A DNA stretch of 63,592 nucleotides, counting the filler, from Reticulomyxa filosa (taxonomy: Eukaryota; Protista; Foraminifera), in the NCBI GenBank assembly GCA_000512085.1. It is 16 parts of 16 records of this genome, joined end to end, with 100 filler letters (N's around TTAATTAATTAA, not from the genome) between each part and the next. Parts side by side here need not be neighbours in the genome. Positions count along the whole stretch, not along the records: positions 50,743 to 60,395 come from ASPP01008585.1; positions 60,496 to 62,275 come from ASPP01012441.1; positions 62,376 to 63,592 come from ASPP01034619.1; 13 more parts are not named here. One strand, given 5' to 3'. Position 1 is the first letter of the stretch; each line of letters starts with the position of its first letter. Below are positions 51,890 to 63,592 of this stretch, piece after piece. The notes below the pieces were generated by a model that was given only the letters and a program-made list of their open reading frames with translations, made no database searches and was not told the origin of the DNA. The translations under genes were made by a program, and so were the position numbers.

Positions 51890-53086
51890 TTAATTTTTTT
51901 TGTTAAAAAGTGGGAAATGAAACCACATTGGCTGGTTTGGGGGTTCAGGATTTCTGAAAGTAGTTCCAGCATCATTGGCCGCATTCACACACAAAACAAT
52001 ATGCTCCACTAAATTTGGGACATTATTAGATGAAGATGACAAATCATCTTCATTTTTTACTTCCAAGAGTTTTTTTAGTTCATTAACATCATATCGTTCC
52101 AACTTTTTGCCAAGAGGATCTTCACCTGGCGTTTTTTCATCTTCATCTTTTGGAAGAAGATGGGTAGAAACTGAATTTTGAATACTTTCACGTGTTACAA
52201 ACATAAATCCACGCCCGTTATGTACATGACCACATTGAATAGCTCGTAACTTGGTTAATCTTTTCAATTGTCGTCTCAAAATCGGACATCCTAGTAATAA
52301 TAAAAATAATAATTTAAATAGATACAACAACAATAACAAATAGTAAAAAAGGACCTTTTCCATTAATATCTAAAATTCCTTCTGGAGGACCATGCACAAT
52401 AAGATATTCTACATCTTGTGGAATATTTTGAAAATATTTATAAATATTTATCTTATTTCTCAAATATCCATTGTTATCATCATTTTCCTCTCCTTCTTCA
52501 TATCTATTTAAAAAAGAAAACTAATAAATTATTTTATTAAAAAAAAAAAAAAAAATAACAAATTTCGGGTCCATGGTGTTCCATAAAATTTGATTCCTTC
52601 TATTGTCACAGCTTCATCATGCAAGAAAGTACAATTAGTCATAACCTTTTTACAAACTTTTGGTTCAATCAAATCACCATATCCTTCATGATTTCCTGCA
52701 GAAACTAATATATATTTATACTTTTTTTGTTTATGAAATAATTCTCCTAACCACGTATTAACATTTTCTGCTTCTTGGATAGTTCCATTATTAGTGAAAT
52801 CACCACTTAATATCAATATATCTGCATTTGGCATTTCTAATTTTCGATGTTGCATATGTGTGTCACTTATAACTACTATTGTAACGTATTTTATATCATC
52901 TTTTGTTAGTTCATTTTCACTAATTTCTTTGGTTTCTTCTGTTGTTGTTACATTTACACTTTTTTTTAGTTCTAGTTGTTTTGTCAATAGTTCTTGCCAT
53001 TCAATATATACAGGTTTTTTTGGTTCTTCCTTTTTACGCAATTTCTTGATATCACCTTGAAGATCAAAGGCTAGTTTGGGCTTCAT
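51890..53086 (-). CDS. Calcineurin-like metallophosphoesterase (MPPED/239FB-type)
   Basis: VISDTH, ILSGDFTN, AGNHE, IKFYGTPW, IVHGPP..ILD, GCP.L, CGHVH and VNAA across three exons. Confidence 0.92.
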
Positions 53087-53986
53087 ATGCTAAATTAATT
53101 TTGTTCAGAGAAAAGAAAGTTGCCCCTTATTTATTTACTTGTTTGTTTAAAAAAAAGCTTGGCAAAAAAACCTAAGTATGCTTTTTTTACACAACATAAA
53201 AGATTTTACATATTCAAAATTATTTTCCTCTTTTAATTGCAGCAAAGAAAATATAATCTCTACTATTTGTGATATCAATTAGTTTGCTTTTTGAATCATA
53301 TCATCTTCAAATATAACCAGATCGCAAAATACGGCGTATTACACTTATTGAAATAAAAGAAATATGATCAAGTATTTACATATTTGTTCAAACATATAAT
53401 AGTCAGAACCAACCGACATGATTTTATTTTTTTTTATTAAGCTTAACTTTATGTTATTCCTTAAATTAAATACAAATCTTTATTTAAATAATAAGAATTA
53501 AATTGATCAATTAGAAAATCTGGATTGGATAAATACATTAAATTTAAAAAAATACATATATGCATGTATAGTTCCATTCTGGTGTATAGTATTGTTTGAT
53601 GTGCTGACTGTTGCACAAAATGTATGAAAATATTGCTATATGAAACCCATAAATTCTACTATGTGTGCATTCAAATTATTTATTAAAAAAAGGTCGTTTT
53701 TTTGGAATTCTCAAGAAATCCATCTGAATAAAAAAAAACTTGCAAGTTTTTACAATTAAAAAAAAGGTGCATAGTCTTGTATTTTTTTCTGCATAACAAA
53801 TATAAGTGCACCGAACAATATCTTTGTTTGTTTTGGATAGAGAGAATGGAGGGAGTAATGTTTCATTGCAAGAGCTTACTATACCTCAATATGAGGCTAT
53901 TGGAAGGAAAAAGTATAATAGAACATACCTTACATACACACGTATAAAAAAAATGAGGGAAGAAAAGGAGGTAGAGAAAAAAAGAA

Positions 53987-54493
53987 TTAGTCTTGCTCGA
54001 TAAAAGCAGAGTGAATACCATCGCTCCAATAAACAGGCCGACATAGTTTGCCATCACGATCCCTTTTAGAACGCCCATGTAATGCAACATTCAAGATTAG
54101 GGCAGCACTTTCTGTATCGGATTCGTCCTTGGCCAGTCGGACCATTTCAAACGCCTTGCTCACGTAAGTGTACATGCCTTCAAAGGCGTAAAACACCAAC
54201 CATCCTTTCAAATTTTGCATTTGTCGGGCGTCACATTCTTCTGAAAGTGTCCCTGCCGCTAATGGCCCTTGCTTTTGCATGATCTCACAACACTTTTGAA
54301 TTATGTGCTTTTTTTTGCTTTCGTCTCCTAGCCATTCCTTTTTTCGATAAAATACTGCCGTTTGGTTGCTAAATATCACAAACGGCACTTTTATACTTCC
54401 GCACACTTTTTCAAATGCTGATACTGTTTCCCCAAACAACGTGGAGTCATCTTTCTCTAACTGTTTTCCCTTTTTATCTGGGACTTGGGACAT
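53987..54493 (-). CDS. Hypothetical protein (168 aa, single exon)
   Basis: Clean ATG-to-stop ORF with globular composition, flanked by AT-rich intergenic DNA. Confidence 0.65.
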   Translation of the reverse strand: MSQVPDKKGKQLEKDDSTLFGETVSAFEKVCGSIKVPFVIFSNQTAVFYRKKEWLGDESKKKHIIQKCCEIMQKQGPLAAGTLSEECDARQMQNLKGWLVFYAFEGMYTYVSKAFEMVRLAKDESDTESAALILNVALHGRSKRDRDGKLCRPVYWSDGIHSAFIEQD

Positions 54494-54783
54494 TTTTGAA
54501 TATTATCTTCTCGAAGACAATTTTCACGACTTTGTGGCAAGGTTTATGATAACAATTCAAACATGTTTATTTTTCTTTTTTAAAAAACTTGCAAAAAGTT
54601 GCCCACTCGTTTTGGAGTTTGACAAAGAAAAAATTGAAGTGAATAATAAAACTTTATTCATGGAAAAAATCATATTTTTTGGCATATTGTTGCACAACCA
54701 CTCATTTATTTCATAAGTTGTTTCTTTTTGAATTGAACTAAAAAATTTGTTTGTAAAAAAATTTAAAAATGCAATGGTTGAAA

Positions 54784-55462
54784 TTAAGATTGTATTTGTA
54801 AAAATAGTTCATCAACATAGTCAAAATAATATATTTTGTCATTTTTGCTATCTTTGTCCTGGTGAGTCACTGCTATTTTAAGGAATTCTTGAATTTCTTC
54901 CTCAGTGCAATCCAAATTAAATTCCTTTTGTTTTAACAAAGCCGCTAAATCGTCTTTTTTAACAAAACCTTTCAATTTTTCGTCACCACAACAGTGCTTT
55001 TCAACAGTTTGAAAGGCGCGAATAAGTTGTTCTTTTGGGACACTTTCAAATAATTTTGCACTTTTGATTTCTAATATTTTTTTTTCAAAGGCCTCGTAAC
55101 TAATCCCTTTTCTATCATTGCCACTTGTTTGTTTTGTAGCGTCATTGATCGACACAAGAGTATCATTTGTTGTACTCCCTTGTAAGTTTGTGGCACTATT
55201 TGATATCAAATCTGGAAGTATTGCTTTTTCAATTTCTGCGTTTGTTGGGAAAACTCTAAGATATCTAATTTTTTAAAAAGAACCGATATCTGTTGTAGAT
55301 TTGGCTGAAACTGAGTTTTCCAGCATAAAACACTGACAACGCTATTATTTACCTAATTGCTGCACTGACATCTTTTTTAGCTATGGTATTGTTTTTTTGA
55401 TGGTCAAACAATTTAAAAACGTGCTTGATCTCTGTTATAATGTCTTCAGTCTTTTCTTCCAT
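54784..55462 (-). CDS. Calmodulin/myosin-light-chain-like EF-hand protein
   Basis: EIKHVFKLFDHQKNNTIA, PTNAEIE, GISYEAF, LIRAFQ..GFVKKDDL, TEEEIQEFL..KIYYFDYV. A-run frameshift near 55375. Confidence 0.75.
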
Positions 55463-55964
55463 CCTGCCCGAACAGTTGTTAAGAAAGAAAGGCTGAAATT
55501 GTTAGATTTTTTAATATTAAATCGACCTTGACGTCATTTTTAATAACTAATTTGTCTGCTGTACACAAAATCGTTGAAAGTAAACAAATAAAAAGTCCTA
55601 TTTAGCTGTTGAGCTCAAGCAAAAATTTCAAATTTTACTCCTATATCGAAATTCTTAAAAAACAAATTATTAATCTTCTTCAGAGTATTAAGAGCTTTTT
55701 GAGGAATTATCGCGTGATGAATCTGTTTATTGTTATTCTTTCGAATTTATAGTTTTAAATACACGGTCTATATCAGAAGCTCTGGAAATATTTAAAATTT
55801 TTTAGTCACATTTTTTCATATTGGTTATTTTAGTTTAAGTGATATGTAACCTTCCATATCTAAATACTTATTTCTTAAAAAAAGATTTTTCAACGTGACG
55901 TAAGGGCTGTAACAAAAAAACGAGTTAATGTTGGTGAATCTTTGTTTGATAGATAAATAAAACT

Positions 55965-58721
55965 ATGCATACTAACAAGAAGGAAAAACCAAATGCAGTC
56001 TTGCAGGACTGTAATAGTGCTGTTGAATTCGTGCGTAAACACAACTTGCGTGTTAAGTGTGAATCTTTTTTTTTTTGGAACGGTTTCTTAACACAACGTC
56101 TGATCGTGATGAAATGTGCCCAGATGAACATTGTGCCAGTGAACAATTTTCCTCAATGGTATATGCCAGTGCATTTTCTTTTTTGTTTTTTTTCGCCCCT
56201 TTTCTATGTAGAAACTATGACGCATCTCTCTAGATTGATGCAAGATATTTGTAATAAAAAAAATACAAAAGAGAGGAAAAGACAAAGTGTAATAATTCAC
56301 AATGGGGGGGGAGATTAGGCATTTCAATGTATGGCCTGGTGCAGGGCTTTGTGTGGATACCTGTATTCATGGAGCTTTGTATTTCCGGGAGAACTATCCA
56401 AAACAGGCGCCCATCATCGAAATCATATCACCTATCATTGAATTTCATCAATTCGATAAACGAACCAGAGAAGTTTCATTGGAAAAAAGTATTAATAGTT
56501 TTCATATATATGTGTATATATTGTGTTTTCAAATGTTGGAGTGAGAAAGAGAAATGGAGTGACTACAAAAAAAAGAAGAGGATAACAACATTATAATAAT
56601 AATAATAATAATTAAACGTGATAATGAATATGGCAATAAAATCTGTGGATTGGGATTGAGATGAGTAGAGACTTGGAAAGGTTCTGCATCGATGAACGAG
56701 ATGATAAATGATTTATATAACGTGTTGAACCAAATTGGATACTCATCGAAAAGAGCAGAAACAATGATAACAATCATGGAGAAAATGAGAAGCTATCAGT
56801 GCGAACTATGTTGTCACACTTGGGACAAGCCCATTCCAGACAAATACTGGACCGCTCCTTCAAATCCTAATTTTCGTGTTTCTGGCATGTCTGAAAATCT
56901 ATCCAATGCAAGTTTGTTTGCTTTTCTGTATGTGTATTGTGTGTACGTATACGTTCTGTTGGAGTGGAGCGTATTTCTTCTTAGACTATTAATTATTATT
57001 ATTGTTGTTGTTGTTGCTGTCTACAGTGCAAACAAAAGTACAAACAAATCCAAACCAAGTAAAGAAATTTGACGATGTGCACAAGATGTCGGAAGAGCAG
57101 TTTATTTGCATCTCAACAACAATTTTTTTTTTTTTTTTGAAGCTCTTTGTATACAGTGGCTTATACAACTCTTCAAAAAATATTGACTCCAAAAAAAAAA
57201 AAAAAAAAAAAAAGATTGAAAATTGAGAAACTGCAAAACAGGGTGACTCAATTGCAACAGTTGAGTTTTTCTCTTTCTTCCTTCTCTTCTCTTTGGACAA
57301 TATTGTTGTATTGTGTTTCCCCCCCCTCCCCCGTCACCTCAAATTCGTCACATATCTGATCTTTTTTGTGTGGATGTGTTGTGCTTGATCTGTTTAGTAC
57401 CGTCCAACAAAACAATAACAAAATTAATCATTTGGAACAAGAAGTGAGCGAGCTGAACAGGTTCAGGGACAACAACAACAAAAAAATAAAAAAAAAAAAA
57501 AAGGGGGGGAAAGGGAAAAAACAAAGCTGGAAAACATTTTTTTGGGTGGGTACATCCTTTGTGACCGAAGTGAAAACATAAACACGCAAAAGGAAAAACT
57601 CAATGTTACGTGAGGAAATACTCATGCGAAAATTGGCGTCAAATATTCGAGCGGACTTTCCTTCTGTGAAGAATGTGGTTGAACTGCATGAAAATCTGCG
57701 CAGCAACGAACATAGTGATTTGTTTTGGGCTATCTCTAGTGCGGCCAAAAAAAAAGGGATAAACGTAACTCGAATGTGCTACAATTGGTTGTGGGTCATT
57801 TTGATGAGTTGTTACAATCACATGAACTCATATAAACTGACGATTTACGAAGAAATTGGCGCGTCTTTGATGATCGACAATGCCATTGTTATGTGCGGTT
57901 TTTACTTATTGTTCAATTTACAAAAATAAAATAAAAGTTTGAATACAATATAAAATATGTGTGTATCTGATATACATATATATATATATTATGTATACGA
58001 AAGAAAATGGGATCAGAGGATAAAGAAAGTGAAGAAAAAGCAATAAAAATGCCTTCCATTGTAAATGCACAATTGAAAAAAAAGAAAATGGAAAAGCTTC
58101 AATTCATGTTTGGTTTTCATTTGCAAACGCACTACAAAATATTGTTGGAGTCACCGCCGATCGATTGTTTGCTTTTTTCCAAAACGCGAGCCATCCAACC
58201 AATCAGCAAACTCAAAGCTTTCGCAAGCTGTCAGAACTTTGCTTCCTTATGCTCATATTTGGACAAAAGACGTGGACAGGTTGGCCTTACATCTTTTCCT
58301 TTTCAAGAAAGGGATAAATATACGAGAGGAGGGAAAAGAGAAACATTACTTCATGCTGGTAAGGTTTTTGGTTTGTGTATTTGTGTGGTGGTGTTGGCCC
58401 GGGGGGGGGGGGGGGAAAAAAAACTTTTTTTGACAAATCGAAAGTGAAACAGCTGAGGAAATAAAGGATCTGCTAGAACGATACATAACAAAGGCTTGTC
58501 AAATGTGCTGGCTGATGGTGTTGCAAGAACCTGAGCTAACTTTTTATCCAACAGAGTTTCTCCCTCTAAAGGAAAAACTCTTATTCAATGACAAAGAACA
58601 TTGCATGTATCAAGGATCGGATCCGACACAACCAAAGATACAATACCATGTGTGGCCAACCATTCAGCGTGAGAGGGTGCAATTTAGCAAACAACATGTT
58701 GTCACTGGCGTCGCTAAATGA
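55965..58721 (+). CDS. Inactive UBC-fold (UEV) domain, Cys/His motif, coiled coil and MIEAP/SPATA18-like C-terminal domain
   Basis: QWHFNVWP..IHGALYFRENYPKQAPIIEIISPI..EVSL..W (UBC fold, Cys replaced by Ser); CELCCH. The last exon reads YITKACQMCWLMVLQEPEL..FNDKEH..GSD..YHVWP..K..VVT. Confidence 0.7.
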
Positions 58722-59363
58722 CAAATGAAACAAAACCGCTGAGGCAGACAAGTATTATTATTTTGCCGCTGCTGTGTTTCTGTGCAAGAATAACGTGTTG
58801 AAGGATGTTGTGGCTGTCTTTCCTTATATTATTTAATGTTAGCAACATTTTATTTTACTGCAACACCAAATATTGTTCAATTTTGTCCTTAATTCAAAAA
58901 ATCACGTTATATAATAAGGAGTTAATATCCAAATTCTAAAAATCACAACAAAAAGGCAGCCCAAAGTTTTTACCAATTAGGAAGATGAATATACAACATT
59001 TAATTTATTTTCAACGCTGCAAAAAAAAAAAAAATTCCCAATGAAAACCACTCCTCATTAAATTTGCAAAGACTGAAAAAAGGAGAAAAAAAATGCTTGA
59101 TATACAAACAACAACAAAAGAGGGCGAAAAATACAATCAATCAACGAACTTAAAAAGAAAAAATTTGCAAATTGGCCTTTATTTTGAAAATAAAACAGAA
59201 AAAAAAAAGAGGATGGATAGGGTAAAACATCCAAATCCAGAGAGAGAAAGCAAATTTTACAATTTAGTGAATCTTAAAACCAGATTTAAGTATTTGTTTT
59301 TTTTAAATGTTACAAACGTGCGTCATTCAAAAAAAGAAAAAAGCTAATAAATCTTGGTACGTG

Positions 59364-60353
59364 TTAGAAGAGTCCGGTTGTCTTCATGTTGATTTGAATG
59401 ACAAAATTTTGGACATCCCAGAAAATATGTTTCATGTTTTCTTCATGTACTGCAGTAGTTACGTGTGCTATTTCAAACAAATAAAAAAAAAAAAAAAAAA
59501 AAATGGGGATTGTCAATTGAACAAATGATGAAGAATGTTCGTCCATTTCGTCTGTTTTGGAAAGGGGAAAGAAAAAAAAATGTGATAGTAATTGAAGCGC
59601 GAAACTGAAAACAGTTCTATCAGGATTGAAAAGCTGTCTGATATATTGGCGAGTGATGAATTCGATTCCATCTTCTGCGATGGTGCTGATATACTCTTCT
59701 TCGGTTGTGTTTAGCTTTTCATGTGGCGAGTTTGAAGTTGTAGGTTCATAATCTGTACCTTCCCATTCTTCCCCCTGCCAACCTACTTTAGCACTAAAGC
59801 ACAATGACAATGGCTTGCCCTCCCGTATTCTTTCACGGTATAAGTCCTCTTTGTTTAAAAATAATATCAAACCTATTTTTTTTTATAATATGTCATATTG
59901 TAAAACCAAGCAAAAAAAAAGGGGAGAGGTCATTGGTTCAAAAAAAAAAAAAAAAGCTAAAGTTCATTAATCAAAAAAAAAAGTTATAAACAGTCGACTT
60001 AACCGGCCACTCGAAAGTATTTGCTATTGGCGATTTCGTGAAATAATTCCAAGCCTGAAACAAATGAAACAAGATGGAGGAGGGGAGGAGAAGGTGAACA
60101 CAAAGTAAGACATTTCGGTACAAAGTGCAACATGATATATATCCGACATGTACATATAAAAAAGTCATAGCATATGCGAGCATCCGCAAAAAAAAAAAAA
60201 AAAAAAAACGGTTTTCAATATCAAACTTTCGTGCATTGCATTTTAGTTCATCTTCAAATAACAGCGTCGCATAATGATTTAATGCAGCAACAAAAATGAG
60301 AGCATCAATACCGGAAAAGTGTCGAATCCATTTCCGACGCTCACTTCGTTGTC
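59364..60353 (-). CDS. Heterotrimeric G-protein alpha subunit, 3' part
   Basis: [50 protein letters not shown] and HVTTAV..IFWDV across spliced exons. Confidence 0.93.
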
Positions 60354-60358
60354 CTTTA

Positions 60359-60393
<35 letters not shown>

Positions 60394-60495
60394 AANNNNN
60401 NNNNNNNNNNNNNNNNNNNNNNNNNNNNNNNNNNNNNNNTTAATTAATTAANNNNNNNNNNNNNNNNNNNNNNNNNNNNNNNNNNNNNNNNNNNN

Positions 60496-60672
60496 CGTTT
60501 TTGGGATATTCGATCAAATAAGAATGAACTGTATGTGATTGATGGAGATGATAATGGAATAATGTGTCTTAAATTTATTTTATTGAAAAAGAAAGAGAAG
60601 ACAAAGAATGCTAAATATGATTTGAATTTGTGTTATGGTTTAACTAATGGTTCCATTCGTATTTGGGGATAA
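60496..60672 (+). CDS. WD40-repeat protein, C-terminal end
   Basis: RFWDIRSNK..IMCLKF..NLCYGLTNGSIRIWG*. Confidence 0.8.
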   Translation, partial: RFWDIRSNKNELYVIDGDDNGIMCLKFILLKKKEKTKNAKYDLNLCYGLTNGSIRIWG

Positions 60673-61099
60673 TTTACTTTTTATTGAATAAGAAGTGAAA
60701 ATTTTGATCAAACGTAAAGAAGTTGATATTAAAATTGTTTGATTTGATTGAACGCAGCATTGAAATGTTTGTTTTATCTACTTTGTTATTTAAAAAATTG
60801 AAAAAGCTGCGTTCAATGTTTTTTGAAGAATTAAAATCACATTAAATAAAAATTTTATCCAAATATCAAAATAAATTGCAAAAGATTTTAAGTATTGATA
60901 TCATTGAAAATCTTTGAAAACAAAACGTAAAAAAATATTTTTCTAAGAACCCTTTTACGTTTATTCCTATGTTTTTGGTAACAAGATATTTTTAATGGAG
61001 GAAAAAAAATGATAAATCAAAAAGTTTTATTCACATATGCTCATCCCCAAACATAAATTGTGCCATCTTTTTGATTTATTTTTTTTTCAATTGTTCAAT

Positions 61100-61400
61100 T
61101 CCAGTAAGATGATGTCCTAATTAATGATTTATTCAAATGTCCACTCATATTTTTATTTTCCTTTAAAACACATATTACAGTCATGCTCAATCTGTTCGTT
61201 TTTTAATTTCTTCCAATTATTTTCAAATTTTGATAATTGTCTTTGATATATGACAGTTTATTAATTTTTTGAGTTGTTTTTACTTTAACAGTTGTTAGTA
61301 ATTGTTTTAGACAATTCTCCTGCAATCAGTGCTTCATTCATATCTTCATGTTGTTTTCCATCACTTGCCTAAACACTTATATATTTCATTACCAACGTAT
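61100..61400 (-). pseudogene. Possible remnant of a TRAF/RING-associated gene family
   Basis: QHEDMNEALIAGE(N)CLKQLL fragment amid stops; weak. Confidence 0.3.
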
Positions 61401-62375
61401 GTCTATTTCCTCCTTTCCAATCAGATCCAAAAGACAAAAAGATATTTCATTGTTATCTTTGTAATTATTATCTATATAGTCTTACAACATAGGACATGAG
61501 TTGGCAATGGAAAAATGCAAATTCATAAATAATGAAATTGTATTCTTGATACAAGTAATATCGTCAGATAGAATATATTCTGATAAACATATATCAAAAA
61601 TATTAAAAGTACGCAACTAAAAATAATAAAAAGAAATTAGAACAATTATTACAATGTATTGCACGATTTAACTACGTCAAATGAATGTCAGTTGGAAATG
61701 TACGTACTTCCATACACGATGAACATTTGAACAATTAAAAAAGGCAATCGAAAATACTCAATTGTTACCATCAGATACAAAATGAACTATTTATCGTTCA
61801 ATGTGACGCATCCGACACACCGGTTTGCTAGCTAACACAAATGTAAAAAAAAATCTGATATTCCAAAAAGAAAAGCTTTGTAAGACATTTTTTTGCAATT
61901 ATTTTTCTTTTGAAACAAGCAAATTAAACATTCAAAATTTAAAGAAAAATATATTCGACAATATCTTCTATTTGATGCCTTGCAACATCAATTTTCATTT
62001 TTCCGTTTCTGAAGATAAGTATACAATCGAATGAGGGTCCGAATATTACACATTAAATCAAGAAATTAAATTGAATTTAGACGCTCTTTAAATTGATTTC
62101 TCAAATATTTGAAAAAGGTTATTATTTAATAATTTTGAGTTTTTTTTCAAATATTTTGGAAAATGAGAAAATGGGATAATTGAAATAAAATAATTAAAAT
62201 ATACTTGCATGTGTTAAGTAAACAAATTATACAGTAGGTTGCAAAGAAAACTGAACGCCTAAAACATATCTTATGNNNNNNNNNNNNNNNNNNNNNNNNN
62301 NNNNNNNNNNNNNNNNNNNTTAATTAATTAANNNNNNNNNNNNNNNNNNNNNNNNNNNNNNNNNNNNNNNNNNNN

Positions 62376-63592
62376 TTTTAAGCAACCTATTTTCACTGTC
62401 TCATGGCCCATTGATTTAGACAAGATTTTTGAATCAATAGCTGATTCATGTGAGAAATCAAATTTTGATGAAGCAATTTCATTGATTCGTTTTGTACTTT
62501 GTGTTATGTTGCAAACGCGAGGTGATTCTGATATTGAAGTCGCAAACACTTTTTACGTGTTAGGAGGTGCATATAGTAGGAAAGGAGAATATGACAAATC
62601 AATTGAATATCAGGAAAAAGCATTAAAAATAAGATTAGATAAATTGGGCTCAGATCACATTGATGTCGGTACGTCATTCAATCAATTGGGAATTGCTCAT
62701 AACAATAAAGAGGAATACGACAAGGCACTTGAATATTACCAAAAGGCGTTAGTTATTTGGTCAGAAAAATTAGGCAATGATCATGCCGATGTTGCTGATT
62801 TATACAACAATTTGGGAATTACTTATAAAGAAAAAGGAGAATATGACAAATCAATTGAATATCATGAAAAAGCATTACAAATAAGATTAGGCAAATTGGG
62901 ATCAGATCACATTAATGTTGCCAGCTCTTACAACAATTTGGGGAGAGTTTATTATATGAAAGATGAATATGATAAAGCATATGAATATCACAAAAAAGCA
63001 TTGAATATTTATTCTGAAAACATCGACGGAAATCAAATAAATGTTGCCACTTGTTACTGTCACTTGGGAAACGTTCATCTTGCAAAAGGAGAATATGCTG
63101 AATCAATTGAATGTTATAAAAAAGACTTGAAAATTTCATCAGAAAAATTAGGTGAAGATCACACAAATGTTGCAACATCGTTCTATAATTTAGGAAGTTC
63201 ATATTTTGGAACAGGAGAATATGAAACATCGATTGAATATCATAAGAAGGCATTGAATATTCGATTAAAGAAATTTGGTGAAAAACATGCATTTGTTGCA
63301 CGGTCATTGAATGAATTGGGATTTGTGTGGATAAAAGGAAAACAACAAATGAACAAAGCTAAAGAATATGTTGATAAATCTTTGGAAATTTTGATGAATG
63401 ATAAGAGTAATAACTTTGATTTAGACCTTGCAAAATCCTATGATGTGTTGGGATTGATATTAGAAAAGAACGGAACAAATGAAGAAGCAATTCAATATTT
63501 TGAAAAGTCATTGGAAATTAAATGTAAAAAACTGAATGACGATCTTTTTATTGGTTGGTCTTTTCATTATTTGGCAAGTGCATTTAAAAATA
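62376..63592 (+). CDS. Tetratricopeptide-repeat protein (42-aa kinesin-light-chain-type repeats), partial at both ends
   Basis: Uninterrupted frame with about 8 repeats of VA..YNNLG..Y..KGEYDKSIEYHEKAL.I...KLG.DH. It is missing from the ORF track because it runs off the window. Confidence 0.95.

Noticed and set aside
3046-60353. Apparent G-protein signalling cluster (7TM-RGS, RGS, cyclase-like, G-alpha)
   Set aside because: The genes are on different contigs; only the RGS and pseudo-cyclase genes are truly adjacent.
62912-63307. Minus-strand 131-aa ORF and many similar F/K/Y-rich short ORFs
   Set aside because: Antisense shadows of real exons or read-through of intronic homopolymers and microsatellites.

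Overview
This is not one locus. It is 16 unlinked assembly contigs joined by 15 artificial 100-nt linkers (N44-TTAATTAATTAA-N44). Fifteen contigs come from a very AT-rich, intron-rich microbial eukaryote. The gene-family style (TPR arrays, lineage-typical WD40/kelch/TRAF remnants, heavy pseudogenisation) suggests a foraminiferan such as Reticulomyxa; this is inference. Recognisable eukaryotic genes: long-chain acyl-CoA synthetase, a 7TM-RGS protein, a Furry/MOR2-like protein ending in an RGS domain, a catalytically dead class III cyclase with a ZZ-like finger and coiled coil, a two-domain globin, an FBXO3/SKIP16-like F-box protein, a TLDc fragment, a metallophosphoesterase, an EF-hand protein, a UEV plus MIEAP-like fusion, a G-alpha 3' part and a TPR protein. 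There are also Ras, ABC1-kinase, kelch and WD40 pseudogenes and a decayed LINE. One contig (29175-33967) is bacterial: intronless orphan ORFs with Shine-Dalgarno sites and sigma70 promoters, bracketed by two inverted copies of an IS4/IS231-like right end that both abut related target sequences. It most plausibly comes from an intracellular symbiont. Many reading-frame breaks sit in homopolymers and look like sequencing errors. All family calls are by eye from remembered motifs; no searches were run.
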